From positions 857,702-921,701 of the forward strand of contig JAUYID010000009.1 in assembly GCA_030704665.1 (NCBI GenBank): DNA of 64,000 bases, given 5' to 3'. Each line of letters opens with the position of its first letter. Position 1 is the first letter of the stretch. The stretch comes from a bacterium (GTDB taxonomy: Bacteria; Patescibacteriota; Microgenomatia; Woykebacterales; RBG-16-39-9b). Positions 26,734 to 36,650 of this stretch are shown here, one piece after another. The notes under the pieces were generated by a model. That model saw nothing but the letters and a program-made list of their open reading frames with translations, was not told where the DNA came from and made no database searches. Position numbers and translations under genes: made by a program.

Positions 26734-27372
26734 TTAGCCTTCCTTTTCCTCTTTTTCCCGATAAATCCAAACTTTGACTCCGACCACTCCCGCCGTAGCA
26801 GTCTTGGCTGGAACCGTCGCAAAATTAATATTGGCTCTCAATGTGTGCAAAGGAATGCTGCCAATTGCGATCTTTTCTCTGCGCGCAATTTCCGCTCCGC
26901 CCAGCCTGCCACTAACCAAAATCTTGACCCCTTTGGCTCCTGAACGCATAACTCTTTCAGCAGCGTTGGCGATGACTCTCTTCGGGTGCATTCTCTTTTC
27001 AATTTGATCAGCGATACTTCTACCCACCAGAAAAGCATCCAAATCTGGTCTTTTTATTTCCTCGACATTTAAGGTAACTTTTTGATCAATCAGAGCCTCG
27101 AGCTGCCTCTTTAGTTCTTCGACGCCCTGCCCGCTTCTTCCAATCACCATACCTGGTCGTGAAACAAAAACGGTAACGTCTAGTTTGTTCAAAGAGCGTT
27201 CGATTAAAACTCTACTAATCCCTGCTGGGCGCAGTTTTTTAGTAATCAACTCTCGGATTTTTAGATCATCCTGGAGCAGATTCTTGTAGCGGGTACCGGT
27301 TGTAATCCAACGAGAATTCCAGTCTTTATTGATCGGCAGTCTAAAAGCGGTTGGGTTTACTTTTTGTCCCAT
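26734..27372 (-). CDS. rpsC: 30S ribosomal protein S3
   Basis: MGQKVNP start at 27372; [10 protein letters not shown]. Confidence 0.97.
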   Translation of the reverse strand: MGQKVNPTAFRLPINKDWNSRWITTGTRYKNLLQDDLKIRELITKKLRPAGISRVLIERSLNKLDVTVFVSRPGMVIGRSGQGVEELKRQLEALIDQKVTLNVEEIKRPDLDAFLVGRSIADQIEKRMHPKRVIANAAERVMRSGAKGVKILVSGRLGGAEIARREKIAIGSIPLHTLRANINFATVPAKTATAGVVGVKVWIYREKEEKEG

Positions 27373-27373
27373 T

Positions 27374-27412
27374 TCAACAAATCTCCTTCTCAATTAGAAA
27401 ATATTTACTCAT
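27374..27412 (-). CDS. Putative 12-aa micro-ORF bridging rplV and rpsC
   Basis: ATG 3 nt after the rplV stop; MSKYFLIEKEIC; TGA 1 nt before the rpsC ATG. Confidence 0.3.
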   Translation of the reverse strand: MSKYFLIEKEIC

Positions 27413-27415
27413 ATG

Positions 27416-27748
27416 TTACTTAGCCTCCAATGTCACACGAACGTGGCTAGTTCGTTTGATAATCTTGTGAGCCATTCCCCGGCTTCGGGGGCGAAATCGT
27501 TTCAATTTTGGCCCTTCCATAGTTTCAATAGTTTTGATAAACATTTTCTCCTCATCAAGTTTGTTGTTTTTGCTTGCGTTGCTGACAGCAGATTTAAGCA
27601 CTTTCAGCAAGGGTGAAGCTGAACTCTTTTCGAGAAAACGAAGATAATTGATTGCTTCAAGTGCCTTTTTCCCTTTCAAGCTCTCTGCCACAAGACGAAC
27701 TTTGCGGGGAGAAATTCTTAAATTGTTTGCTTCTGCTGTAACCAACAT
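27416..27748 (-). CDS. rplV: 50S ribosomal protein L22
   Basis: RISPRKVRLV, KRTSHV. Confidence 0.97.
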   Translation of the reverse strand: MLVTAEANNLRISPRKVRLVAESLKGKKALEAINYLRFLEKSSASPLLKVLKSAVSNASKNNKLDEEKMFIKTIETMEGPKLKRFRPRSRGMAHKIIKRTSHVRVTLEAK

Positions 27749-27760
27749 ATTTTTTAACTG

Positions 27761-28045
27761 CTAGGTTGGTGAACTGGTCCTTTCAACCACTCGCCCATGA
27801 GATCGAAACGTTCTGGTTGGGGCGAACTCTCCAAGTTTGTGTCCCACCATCGGCTCGCTGATAAAAACGGAGATAAAGTTTTTGCCGTTGTGAATACTAA
27901 GAGTGAGCCCAACCATCTCGGGCGAAATACTGCTGGCACGTGCCCAAGTTTTTATTGGGCTTCTGTCGCCGGCCTCCTTGGCTTTCACAATTTTCTTTTG
28001 CAGTTTTTTGTCAATGTAAGGACCTTTGGATAAAGATCGACTCAT
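27761..28045 (-). CDS. rpsS: 30S ribosomal protein S19
   Basis: [21 protein letters not shown]. Confidence 0.98.
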   Translation of the reverse strand: MSRSLSKGPYIDKKLQKKIVKAKEAGDRSPIKTWARASSISPEMVGLTLSIHNGKNFISVFISEPMVGHKLGEFAPTRTFRSHGRVVERTSSPT

Positions 28046-28046
28046 T

Positions 28047-28874
28047 TTAGCGTTTCCTTCTTTCTACAATAAATTTATTTGACTGTTTATTCTTTTTTCT
28101 TGTTTTCTTACCTAGGGTTGGTTTGCCCCAAGGGGTTTTAGGGGAGCTCATACCAATTCCACTTCTACCTTCACCACCACCGTGCGGATGGTCCCTTGGT
28201 GACATAGCAACTCCTCGAACAGTCGGACGAATTCCTAAATGGCGCTTTCGTCCTGCTTTTCCAAAAGTCATGTTTTTCCAGTCAGCTCTACCTAAAACTC
28301 CAACCGTAGCCATACAGGTAAGAAGGATCTTGCGTACCTCTCCAGAAGGTAATTTCAGGTTGGCATAGGGGGCCTCTTTGGCCATTAAAACTGCGCTTGA
28401 GCCAGCGCTGCGAACAATTTGTGCTCCTCTTCCCGGAATCAATTCAATACCATGAACAACTGTTCCCAAAGGAACTGATTTCAAAGGCATACTGTTGCCA
28501 ACTCGAACGTCCACCTTCTCTCCTGAAACAACTTTGTCACCAACTTCTAAACCCTCTGGAGCCAAAATATATCTTTTTTCCCCATCAACATAGTTTAACT
28601 GAGCAATCAAGCTGCTGCGGTTGGGATCATATTCCAGGGAAACAACTTTGGCAGGAATATTGAATTTATCCCTTTTAAAATCAACGACTCGAAGAAATCT
28701 TTTGTGTCTTCCCCCGATATGGCGTGTGGAGATGTGTCCCTTGTTGTCACGACCACCGGTCTTGCGCAGAATAGTGGTCAGAGACTTCAAAGGCTTCTTC
28801 TTTGTAGTTTCATCTTCAACTTTTGTCATAAAGCGTTGAGAAGAATTACCCCCAACGACTCTTTTTATAGCCAT
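28047..28874 (-). CDS. rplB: 50S ribosomal protein L2
   Basis: [16 protein letters not shown]. Confidence 0.98.
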   Translation of the reverse strand: MAIKRVVGGNSSQRFMTKVEDETTKKKPLKSLTTILRKTGGRDNKGHISTRHIGGRHKRFLRVVDFKRDKFNIPAKVVSLEYDPNRSSLIAQLNYVDGEKRYILAPEGLEVGDKVVSGEKVDVRVGNSMPLKSVPLGTVVHGIELIPGRGAQIVRSAGSSAVLMAKEAPYANLKLPSGEVRKILLTCMATVGVLGRADWKNMTFGKAGRKRHLGIRPTVRGVAMSPRDHPHGGGEGRSGIGMSSPKTPWGKPTLGKKTRKKNKQSNKFIVERRKR

Positions 28875-28875
28875 T

Positions 28876-29172
28876 TTAGCTTGCCTTTACCTCAAACGAA
28901 TCTAATTTTTGACCTTTTTTCAAAATAACAACTGCTTTCTTGACCGGGCTTTGTACCGCTCGTTCCCGTCGACCCCAAACTCTCGAAGTTTTTCCTTTGG
29001 TTGTAATAGTACGAACGGTAACGACATCAACATCGAAGGCTTTTTTGAAGGCGTTTTTGATCTCCCCTTTACTGGCCGCAAGGCCCACTTCAAAAGTGTA
29101 TTCCCCTAGTTGAGCCTGAGTCAGGCTTTTCTCTGAAATCACCGGCCTGATAATAACGTCATTAATTCCCAT
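28876..29172 (-). CDS. rplW: 50S ribosomal protein L23
   Basis: [13 protein letters not shown]; ATG at 29172. Confidence 0.95.
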   Translation of the reverse strand: MGINDVIIRPVISEKSLTQAQLGEYTFEVGLAASKGEIKNAFKKAFDVDVVTVRTITTKGKTSRVWGRRERAVQSPVKKAVVILKKGQKLDSFEVKAS

Positions 29173-29848
29173 GGTTGTAAAACTTCTCCATCTCCAATAA
29201 GGCATTTTTTGTAAAGATTAGGTTTTTGTGATTCAAAACTTCGTAAGTGTTTAAATTTTTAAAGTCTACTAACTCAACTTCCGGTAAATTCTTGAAGGCT
29301 TTCTTCAAAGCTTTCGTTTCTTCGACTACAACAAAGACTTTCTCTTTTAAAGCTAGCTTCTTGATGACTTCGGCAGCCAATTTGGTCTTTTGTTCTTTCA
29401 ATTCAAGCTTATTTAAAACAGTGACTTCCTTGGCAGCTGCTTTGGCTGACAAAGCGTTACGAAGCGCTGCTTGTTTCATTTTCTTTGGTAGGTCCAAACT
29501 AAAATCTCGCTTGTGCGGCCCGTGGGTGATACCACCTCCCCGCCAAAGCGGTGAACGAATTGAACCAGCTCGAGCTCGTCCAGTTCCTTTTTGACGCCAA
29601 GGCTTGGCCCCACCACCAGCAACCTCAGCTCTAGTTTTGGTTTCCGCTCCCAAACCCCTTTGGTTGGCGAGAAAAACACGCACGGCTTGACTGAGTAAGG
29701 CTTTGTTTAATTTCTCCCCGAAAATAGCCTTTGGTAACTCCATATCCTCAATCTTCTCACCCTTAATATCAAAAACGCTCACCAAAAGAGGATTGTGAGA
29801 AGGGGTTTTTTCTTTTTTTACTTCTTTCTTGATTGTTTTAGTTGGCAT
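29162..29848 (-). CDS. rplD: 50S ribosomal protein L4
   Basis: KPWRQKGTGRARAGS; probable ATG at 29848. Confidence 0.97.
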   Translation of the reverse strand: MPTKTIKKEVKKEKTPSHNPLLVSVFDIKGEKIEDMELPKAIFGEKLNKALLSQAVRVFLANQRGLGAETKTRAEVAGGGAKPWRQKGTGRARAGSIRSPLWRGGGITHGPHKRDFSLDLPKKMKQAALRNALSAKAAAKEVTVLNKLELKEQKTKLAAEVIKKLALKEKVFVVVEETKALKKAFKNLPEVELVDFKNLNTYEVLNHKNLIFTKNALLEMEKFYNHGN

Positions 29849-30623
29849 TGTTTTCCTCACTTACTGGACTTGTTTCAGTTGTTACTTCTGGTGTTTTTAC
29901 TTCCTGTCCTGGAGAAACTTCTTCTTTGTTTTCCTCAGATTCCTTTTCCCCACCCAAGTTGGGCACGGCCGGAATTTCTGGTTCATGATAAGCTTTTGGC
30001 TTCTTGATGGATTTTTTGATAATTAGCTGACTTCCAACCGGGCCGGGAACGGAACCTTTCACCAAAAGTAGGTTGTTGTCTTTGTCTACCTCAAGTATTT
30101 GTAAACCTTGAACCGTCACCCTTTCATGACCCATGTGACCGGCCATCTTGGTTCCTTTGAAAACTCTACCTGGCGTCGTACCGGAACCAATAGAACCTGG
30201 TGCCCGATGACGATCTGACTGACCATGAGTCTTTGGCCCCCCGTGAAATCCGTGTCTTTTCACTCCACCAGCAAACCCTTTACCTTTTGAGGTTCCAGTC
30301 ACGTCAACCAAAGAGCCTTTGCGAAAAACTTCTTCCAAATGGATCTCTTGGCCAAGGCTTAAATCCCCCTCAAAGGCCACTTCTGCTAGCCTTGAAAGAT
30401 TCTTTTCTATCCCTGCTTTTTTAAAGTGCCCGGCCAGAGCCTTGGTAAGGTGTTTTTTTTCACCAGAACCAATTTGAGCTGCCTTATAACCATCTGTTTC
30501 TTTGCTTCGTAGACCGACTAAATAGTTTGGCTCAACTACTATTTTGGTCACCGGCACTGCCCGACCATGGCTATCAAAAGCCCGGTCCATCTTTGATTTT
30601 TTTCCTAGCAATGCTTTCAACAT
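29838..30623 (-). CDS. rplC: 50S ribosomal protein L3 with acidic tail
   Basis: [16 protein letters not shown]; ATG at 30623. Confidence 0.97.
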   Translation of the reverse strand: MLKALLGKKSKMDRAFDSHGRAVPVTKIVVEPNYLVGLRSKETDGYKAAQIGSGEKKHLTKALAGHFKKAGIEKNLSRLAEVAFEGDLSLGQEIHLEEVFRKGSLVDVTGTSKGKGFAGGVKRHGFHGGPKTHGQSDRHRAPGSIGSGTTPGRVFKGTKMAGHMGHERVTVQGLQILEVDKDNNLLLVKGSVPGPVGSQLIIKKSIKKPKAYHEPEIPAVPNLGGEKESEENKEEVSPGQEVKTPEVTTETSPVSEENNAN

Positions 30624-30647
30624 AATTCTTAACAATTTTTCCAAACG

Positions 30648-30670
30648 AAAAAGGCCTCATCGGCCCTTTT
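30648..30670 (-). terminator. Terminator/attenuator-like hairpin between rpsJ and rplC
   Basis: AAAAGGGCC-GATGA-GGCCTTTTT then CGTTT on the minus strand. Confidence 0.5.
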
Positions 30671-30692
30671 CACTTATACACCAACCAAGTTG

Positions 30693-31001
30693 TTACATCT
30701 TAATTTCGATGTCTACCCCGGCGGGTAGTTCTAGGTGCATGAGCGCGTCCAATGTTTTTGGCGTAGGCTCGATAATATCGATCAAGCGTTTGTGGGTCCG
30801 TATCTCGAATTGTTCTCGAGCATCCTTGTCCACGTGAGGAGAGGTAGTAACTATGAACCGCTCCCTGTCCGTTGGTAAGGGAACTGGGCCAGCTACTTTC
30901 GCTCCTGTGCGAATCGCTGTATCTAATATTTCTTCAGCTGAGTCATCAATGACCCGGCTATCATAAGACTTTAAACGTACTCGAATACGACCTTTTGGCA
31001 T
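30693..31001 (-). CDS. rpsJ: 30S ribosomal protein S10
   Basis: [18 protein letters not shown]. Confidence 0.98.
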   Translation of the reverse strand: MPKGRIRVRLKSYDSRVIDDSAEEILDTAIRTGAKVAGPVPLPTDRERFIVTTSPHVDKDAREQFEIRTHKRLIDIIEPTPKTLDALMHLELPAGVDIEIKM

Positions 31002-31034
31002 ATAAGTCCTTGTGCTCTAAGCTTTTAAGACTTC

Positions 31035-32225
31035 TTAGGCAACAATCTTGGTAATAACACCCGCTCCAACAGTGTGTCCACCCTCACGGATAGCGAAGCG
31101 AAGTCCCTCTTCTAGAGCAACTGGGCCAATCAATTTAACCTTCATCACTGTGTTGTCACCTGGCATAACCATTTCCGTACCTTCTTTCAGAGTTGCTTCT
31201 CCAGTCACATCAGTAGTTCTGAGATAAAACTGAGGACGGTAGCCGGAAAAGAAAGGAGTGTGACGCCCACCTTCTTCTTTGGTCAAAACATAAACCTCAG
31301 CTTCAAATTCGGTGTGAGGTTTGATTGATCCTGGTGCGGCGACAACTTGTCCGCGCTCAACGTCGTCTTTTTCAATACCTCGAAGAAGTAGTCCAACGTT
31401 GTCTCCCGCTTGACCCTCGTCAAGTTGTTTACGGAACATTTCAACTCCGGTAACAACCGTAGTAGTAGTTTTCTCGCGAATTCCAACGATTTCGACTGTT
31501 TCGTTTACTTTTACCTTACCTCGCTCAGCTCGGCCAGTAACAACTGTTCCTCGACCTTTGATTGAGAAAACATCCTCAACTGGCATCAGAAAGGGTTTGT
31601 CGAGATCACGAGTCGGGGTTGGAATGTAGTCATCAACAGCCTTCATCAACTCTTCAATACTCTTGATACCCTCAGCATCACCCTCAAGAGCCTTCAAGGC
31701 TGATCCCCGAATAATTGGGATATCTTTTCCTGGGTATTCGTATTTGTTGAGTAATTCTCTAATTTCCTCTTCGACCAGATCAAGAAGGTCCTTGTCATCA
31801 ACTGTGTCGCATTTGTTCATAAAGACGACAATTGCTGGTACTCCAACCTGACGAGCAAGGAGGATGTGCTCTCGGGTTTGGGGCATTGGACCATCCGCAG
31901 CCGAAACAACTAAAATCGCTCCATCCATTTGGGCGGCTCCTGTAATCATGTTCTTGATGTAGTCAGCGTGTCCTGGAGCATCGATGTGAGCATAGTGTCT
32001 CTTCTCAGTCTCGTATTCCACATGCGCAAGCGCAATGGTGATACCACGCTGTCTCTCTTCTGGAGCGTTGTCGATACTGTCAAAGGCGCGGAATTCCGCC
32101 ATACCCTTTTCAGCTAATACTTTACTAATGGCTGCGGTAAGAGTTGTCTTACCGTGGTCAACGTGACCAATAGTTCCCACATTTACATGTGGTTTACTTC
32201 TGTCAAACTTTTTGGCTTCTGCCAT
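31035..32225 (-). CDS. tuf: Elongation factor Tu
   Basis: [18 protein letters not shown]; SD AAGGAGG. Confidence 0.99.
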   Translation of the reverse strand: MAEAKKFDRSKPHVNVGTIGHVDHGKTTLTAAISKVLAEKGMAEFRAFDSIDNAPEERQRGITIALAHVEYETEKRHYAHIDAPGHADYIKNMITGAAQMDGAILVVSAADGPMPQTREHILLARQVGVPAIVVFMNKCDTVDDKDLLDLVEEEIRELLNKYEYPGKDIPIIRGSALKALEGDAEGIKSIEELMKAVDDYIPTPTRDLDKPFLMPVEDVFSIKGRGTVVTGRAERGKVKVNETVEIVGIREKTTTTVVTGVEMFRKQLDEGQAGDNVGLLLRGIEKDDVERGQVVAAPGSIKPHTEFEAEVYVLTKEEGGRHTPFFSGYRPQFYLRTTDVTGEATLKEGTEMVMPGDNTVMKVKLIGPVALEEGLRFAIREGGHTVGAGVITKIVA

Positions 32226-32399
32226 TTTAATTCCTCCTTTAGGACCTTTTAAACTTAGTTTCTGTTCTTTCTAATCAATTTGCTCTTAGCTTCGTTTCAG
32301 GCTCGTTCGCACGTTTTACTATTTTAGCAGACTCAGTCAAATACGCTAGCCCCTTCTTTCTCTTCTGGTTGCTTTACCCGCTTTTAGCCTCAAACAACC

Positions 32400-34502
32400 C
32401 TATTTCGCACCCTTAGCTACAATAGTTGCCCCAATATTTACTGGTACTTCTTGGTAGTGGGACGGTTCCATATTGAAGTTGGCTCTTCCTTGGGTCATAC
32501 TGCGCAAGGCCGTCGCATAACCAAACATTTCGGCCAGGGGTACAATCGCTTTGACTACCCGAGCGTTGCCTCTTTGTTCGCTACCTTCAATCTGGGCTCT
32601 TTTACTGGACAAATCACCAATGACATCGCCCATAAACTCTTCTGGGGTTGTGACTTCAATACGCATAATTGGCTCAAGGATAACAGGCTCTGCTTTGGCA
32701 GCCGCGTCTTTGACCGCCATCGAACCGGCAATTTTAAAGGCCGCCTCAGAGGAATCGACCTCGTGATAACTCCCATCGTAAACCGCAACTTTAAGATCAA
32801 CTGTAGGGAAGCCGGCAACTACTCCATTTTCCAGAGCTTCCTTGATTCCTTTTTCAATCGCTGGAACATACTCTCTAGGAATTGAACCCCCAACTATTTC
32901 AGAAACAAATTCGTAACCTTCGCCCCGCCCTTTTGGTTCAACTCGAACTAAAGCGTGACCGTATTGACCACGGCCTCCAGTTTGCCGAATGTATTTTCCC
33001 TCACCCTGCGCATTCTTTCGAATCGTCTCTTTGTAAGCAACCTGGGGTTTTCCGACGTTGGCCTCAACATTAAATTCTCGTTTCATGCGATCAACGATAA
33101 TTTCCAGATGCAACTCTCCCATTCCGGAAATGATCGCTTGTCCGGTGTCTTGATCAGTTTTCATGCGGAAAGTTGGATCTTCTTCGGCTAGTTTAGCTAG
33201 AGAAAGTCCCATTTTTTCTTGGTCAGCCTTGGTTTTGGGCTCAATTGCCAAAGAAATCACCGGCTCGGGAAATTTAATTGCTTCCAAAACAATTGGTTTC
33301 TCTTCAGCACAAAGAGTGTCCCCAGTGAAAGTATCTCTCAATCCCACTGCTGCCCCGATCTCACCAGCACCAATTTCGGTAATTTCTTCCCGTGTGTTGG
33401 CGTGCATCAGCAGTATACGTCCCACTCGTTCGCGGGTCGATTTTGTAGAGTTGTAGATGTAAGAACCAGCCGTCATTTTCCCTGAATAAACTCGAAAATA
33501 AGTCAGTCGCCCCACAAAAGGATCAGTCATGACTTTGAAAGCGAGAGCAGCAAAAGGCTCATCGGCACTGGTTTTCCTTTCCTCTTCACTACCGATTTTC
33601 GGATTTAGACCTTTAACTGCTTCTTTGTCCAATGGGGAAGGAAGGTAGTCAACTACTGCATCCAACAGGGGCTGAACTCCTTTATTTTTCAGTGCTGAAC
33701 CAGCCATAACGGGAATAAGTTTGTACGCCAAAGTCGCACTACGAAGACCAGATTTTAATTCTTCTTCGGAAAGCTCTTTACCATCCAAATATTTTTCCAA
33801 AAGCTCGTCGCTCTGCTCGGCGATTGCTTCAACCAGTTTTGAGCGGAACTCTTCAACTTTGTCTTTCATTTCCGCTGGAACCTCACCTATTGTTGGTTCT
33901 TTAGCCATTTCTTCAGTGTAGGTGATTGCTTTGCGGGTGATGAGGTCGACCATACCTTTAAAACCCTGCTCTTCGCCAATTGGAAGCTGAATTGGATGGG
34001 CATTGGCTCCAAGGCGTTCTTTGATAGAAGCTAAACTCATGTAAAAATCTCCGCCGGTGGCGTCGAGTTTGTTGATGAAACAAATTCGGGGGACGTTGTA
34101 TTTGTCAGCTTGGCGCCAAACTGTTTCGCTTTGAGGCTCAACTCCCATCTTGCCGTCGAAAACTACCACCCCACCGTCAAGAACCCGTAGGGAACGCTCT
34201 ACTTCAGCGGTAAAGTCAACGTGCCCCGGGGTATCAATAATATTGATGCGGTGCTTGACACCAGCGTTGGGGCCTTCCTTCGTCTCCCAAAAAGCGGTGG
34301 TCGCAGCCGAAGTGATCGTAATTCCTCGCTCCCGCTCCTGAGCCATCCAGTCCATGACCGCGGCTCCCTCATGAACTTCCCCAATTTTGTAAGTTTTTCC
34401 AGTATAAAAGAGGATACGCTCAGTCACCGTGGTTTTCCCGGCATCAATGTGAGCGATAATCCCAATATTGCGAATTTTGTCTAAACCAACTTCTTTAGCC
34501 AT
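32400..34502 (-). CDS. fusA: Elongation factor G
   Basis: [27 protein letters not shown]. Confidence 0.99.
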   Translation of the reverse strand: MAKEVGLDKIRNIGIIAHIDAGKTTVTERILFYTGKTYKIGEVHEGAAVMDWMAQERERGITITSAATTAFWETKEGPNAGVKHRINIIDTPGHVDFTAEVERSLRVLDGGVVVFDGKMGVEPQSETVWRQADKYNVPRICFINKLDATGGDFYMSLASIKERLGANAHPIQLPIGEEQGFKGMVDLITRKAITYTEEMAKEPTIGEVPAEMKDKVEEFRSKLVEAIAEQSDELLEKYLDGKELSEEELKSGLRSATLAYKLIPVMAGSALKNKGVQPLLDAVVDYLPSPLDKEAVKGLNPKIGSEEERKTSADEPFAALAFKVMTDPFVGRLTYFRVYSGKMTAGSYIYNSTKSTRERVGRILLMHANTREEITEIGAGEIGAAVGLRDTFTGDTLCAEEKPIVLEAIKFPEPVISLAIEPKTKADQEKMGLSLAKLAEEDPTFRMKTDQDTGQAIISGMGELHLEIIVDRMKREFNVEANVGKPQVAYKETIRKNAQGEGKYIRQTGGRGQYGHALVRVEPKGRGEGYEFVSEIVGGSIPREYVPAIEKGIKEALENGVVAGFPTVDLKVAVYDGSYHEVDSSEAAFKIAGSMAVKDAAAKAEPVILEPIMRIEVTTPEEFMGDVIGDLSSKRAQIEGSEQRGNARVVKAIVPLAEMFGYATALRSMTQGRANFNMEPSHYQEVPVNIGATIVAKGAK

Positions 34503-34689
34503 AAAATTTCCAAACTAGGACCAAAAACAAAACAACAACGAAAATCAAAATTATTTTCCAAAACTCAGCGTGGATCGGCTTTCCACCTTTTCTCAACCAA
34601 GGAGAGACTGTATTAGCTCTTTCAACCTTTGCTTCGAGTTCATTTATCTCCGTATTCAAGTCTTCAACCGAACTAGTTTCTTTTTCCAT
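34495..34689 (-). CDS. Small coiled-coil plus C-terminal TM protein inserted between rpsG and fusA
   Basis: SD GAGGTG, ATG at 34689; stop overlaps the fusA start (ATGGCTAA). Confidence 0.65.
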   Translation of the reverse strand: MEKETSSVEDLNTEINELEAKVERANTVSPWLRKGGKPIHAEFWKIILIFVVVLFLVLVWKFYG

Positions 34690-34738
34690 CAAAAAACACC
34701 TCTTCGGTGCTCTTGGCAGTTAGTTTTTAACTGCCGTT

Positions 34739-35212
34739 TTACCAGCGAAAGTGGGCAAATGCTTTGTTTGCTTCTGCCATTCGATGGGTATCGTCACGCT
34801 TTTTGATCGCTGCTCCGGTGTTGTTGGCTGCATCGGTAAATTCAGCGGCTAGTTTCGCGGCCATACTTTTATATTCTGTGCTTGGGCGAGCCTTGGCAGC
34901 AGTAATGATCCAACGAATGGCGAGAGCTTCTTTACGGTCCCCACGCACTTCGTTTGGAACTTGATAGTTGGCTCCACCAATCCGGCGGGAGCGAACTTCC
35001 ATCTTTGGGGAAACATTTTTTATCGCGGTTTCAAAAGTCTCGAGGGGGTTTTTGTCTTGTTTTTCGATTTCAGAAAGGGCACCGTAAACAACTTTCTCAG
35101 CCACAACTTTTTTTCCAGCTTCCATGAGACGGTTGACGAAACGGGTGAGAACTCGGCTACCATAAATTGGGTCGTTAGGAAGTTTTCTCTTTGGAACTCT
35201 TTTACCACGCAT
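34739..35212 (-). CDS. rpsG: 30S ribosomal protein S7
   Basis: RRIGGANYQVP, MAEANKAFAHFRW. Confidence 0.98.
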   Translation of the reverse strand: MRGKRVPKRKLPNDPIYGSRVLTRFVNRLMEAGKKVVAEKVVYGALSEIEKQDKNPLETFETAIKNVSPKMEVRSRRIGGANYQVPNEVRGDRKEALAIRWIITAAKARPSTEYKSMAAKLAAEFTDAANNTGAAIKKRDDTHRMAEANKAFAHFRW

Positions 35213-35214
35213 CT

Positions 35215-35631
35215 TTATTCACTCTTCCCTTTCTTCGCACCGTAAAGACTACGTCCTTGTTTGCGGCCCTCAACCCCACCAGTATCGTAATGCCCGCGGA
35301 TGATATGGTACTTCACACCCGGTAGATCTTTAACACGACCACCGCGAACCAAAACAATTGAGTGTTCTTGCAAATTGTGACCGATTCCCGGAATGTAAGC
35401 GGTAATTTCTTTTCGGTTGGAAAGTCGCACACGAGCCACTTTACGCAGTGCTGAGTTTGGTTTTTTCGGAGTCATTGTTTTGACCACGACACAAACTCCC
35501 CGCTTCATTGGGTTAAAGGTGCTTACCGGCTTTCTAGTTCGAGCATTGAAGCTAGAACGCAGCGCCGATGCCTTTACTTTTTTGCTTACTTTGGCTCGTC
35601 CCTTGCGGACAAGTTGAGAAATTGTAGGCAT
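35215..35631 (-). CDS. rpsL: 30S ribosomal protein S12
   Basis: [20 protein letters not shown]. Confidence 0.99.
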   Translation of the reverse strand: MPTISQLVRKGRAKVSKKVKASALRSSFNARTRKPVSTFNPMKRGVCVVVKTMTPKKPNSALRKVARVRLSNRKEITAYIPGIGHNLQEHSIVLVRGGRVKDLPGVKYHIIRGHYDTGGVEGRKQGRSLYGAKKGKSE

Positions 35632-35646
35632 AATTTGATCCTAGGC

Positions 35647-35675
35647 ATTATACGTGCTCGGAAGCTAACTGTCAA
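35647..35675 (-). promoter_or_regulatory. Perfect consensus sigma70 promoter of the str operon
   Basis: TTGACA, 17 nt, TATAAT ending 15 nt before the rpsL ATG. Confidence 0.9.
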
Positions 35676-35751
35676 CAATTATTGATTATGGTTTAGAATA
35701 ATTCTCTGTGGTAAAGTTTATAAACAGTTCTGCTTTGGAAAGGAAAGTCTT

Positions 35752-36330
35752 ATGAAACCGCTTTTTATTTTGATCGGAGCAGTGGTAAGCGTTGGCGCAA
35801 TCGTTTTAGCACTAACTTCAGAACCTGCAAAGGAGGCAAGTAAAATGGATGAAACTGTCAAGCGTACTTATGACAAATTCCCCGGAGTTCTTCCCGACGA
35901 GCAGCTAAAAAATCGTACTGTCACAATCAAAACAGCAAAAGGTGAGCTTGTGATAGAACTTTTTGGCACGGAGGCACCAAAAACCGTTAGCAATTTCATT
36001 TTTTTAGCTGAAAATAAATTTTACAATGGACTTACCTTTCACCGCCGCGAGGAAGACTTCGTCATTCAAGGTGGAGATCCCAATGGTGATGGAACTGGTG
36101 GGCCTGGCTACGATTTCGAAGATGAAGCAGTGACCCGAAACTATGACCGAGGGGTTGTAGCGATGGCCAATTCTGGTTCGGATACAAATGGGAGCCAATT
36201 TTTCATTATGCTCGCTGACAACCCAAATCTGCCAAGAAATTACACTATTTTTGGAAAAGTAACCTCTGGACTTGAGGTCGTAGACAAAATCCAAGTTGGA
36301 GACGTCATGACTGAGGTCTCGGTAAACTAA
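35752..36330 (+). CDS. Cyclophilin-type peptidyl-prolyl isomerase with N-terminal anchor
   Basis: FYNGLTFHR, QGGDP, AMANSG..TNGSQFFI. Confidence 0.95.
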   Translation: MKPLFILIGAVVSVGAIVLALTSEPAKEASKMDETVKRTYDKFPGVLPDEQLKNRTVTIKTAKGELVIELFGTEAPKTVSNFIFLAENKFYNGLTFHRREEDFVIQGGDPNGDGTGGPGYDFEDEAVTRNYDRGVVAMANSGSDTNGSQFFIMLADNPNLPRNYTIFGKVTSGLEVVDKIQVGDVMTEVSVN

Positions 36331-36650
36331 TGGCTGCGGTGGTCTTAACCAAAGTCAAAATCTATTCAACCCTCTGGTCAAAAGTCAAAGGAGTGATCGG
36401 AGAATCTGAACCAAAGGGGTTTGGGGAGGGAGTTGCTTTACCAGGGGTCAATTCGATTCATACTTTCTTTGTCTCTTTTCCAATTGACCTTGTCTTTCTG
36501 GACAAAGGTAATCGAATAACTAGGTTGGTAGACGGTCTGAAACCATGGCGAGTCTCGCCTCTTGTTTTCCAAGCCAAAACAACCCTAGAATTAAAGACGG
36601 GCTCGATCAAACACCTGGGTTTAAAGCTAGGAGATCAAGTAAAGTATTAG
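36330..36650 (+). CDS. DUF192 family protein
   Basis: SIHTFFVSFPIDLVFLD, LKPWR, LEL..G. Confidence 0.85.
   Translation: MAAVVLTKVKIYSTLWSKVKGVIGESEPKGFGEGVALPGVNSIHTFFVSFPIDLVFLDKGNRITRLVDGLKPWRVSPLVFQAKTTLELKTGSIKHLGLKLGDQVKY

Noticed and set aside
26733-26822. N-terminal extensions from the ORF track for rplP (also rpsC, rplW, rplC, zur, ZIP, mltG, alaS)
   Set aside because: Upstream alternative starts overlap neighbours or promoters; downstream ATGs match the conserved N-termini.
32226-32399. tRNA or ncRNA in the fusA-tuf spacer
   Set aside because: No cloverleaf or T-loop seen; an extended -10 (TGCTAAAAT) and a strong SD explain it as an internal tuf promoter region.
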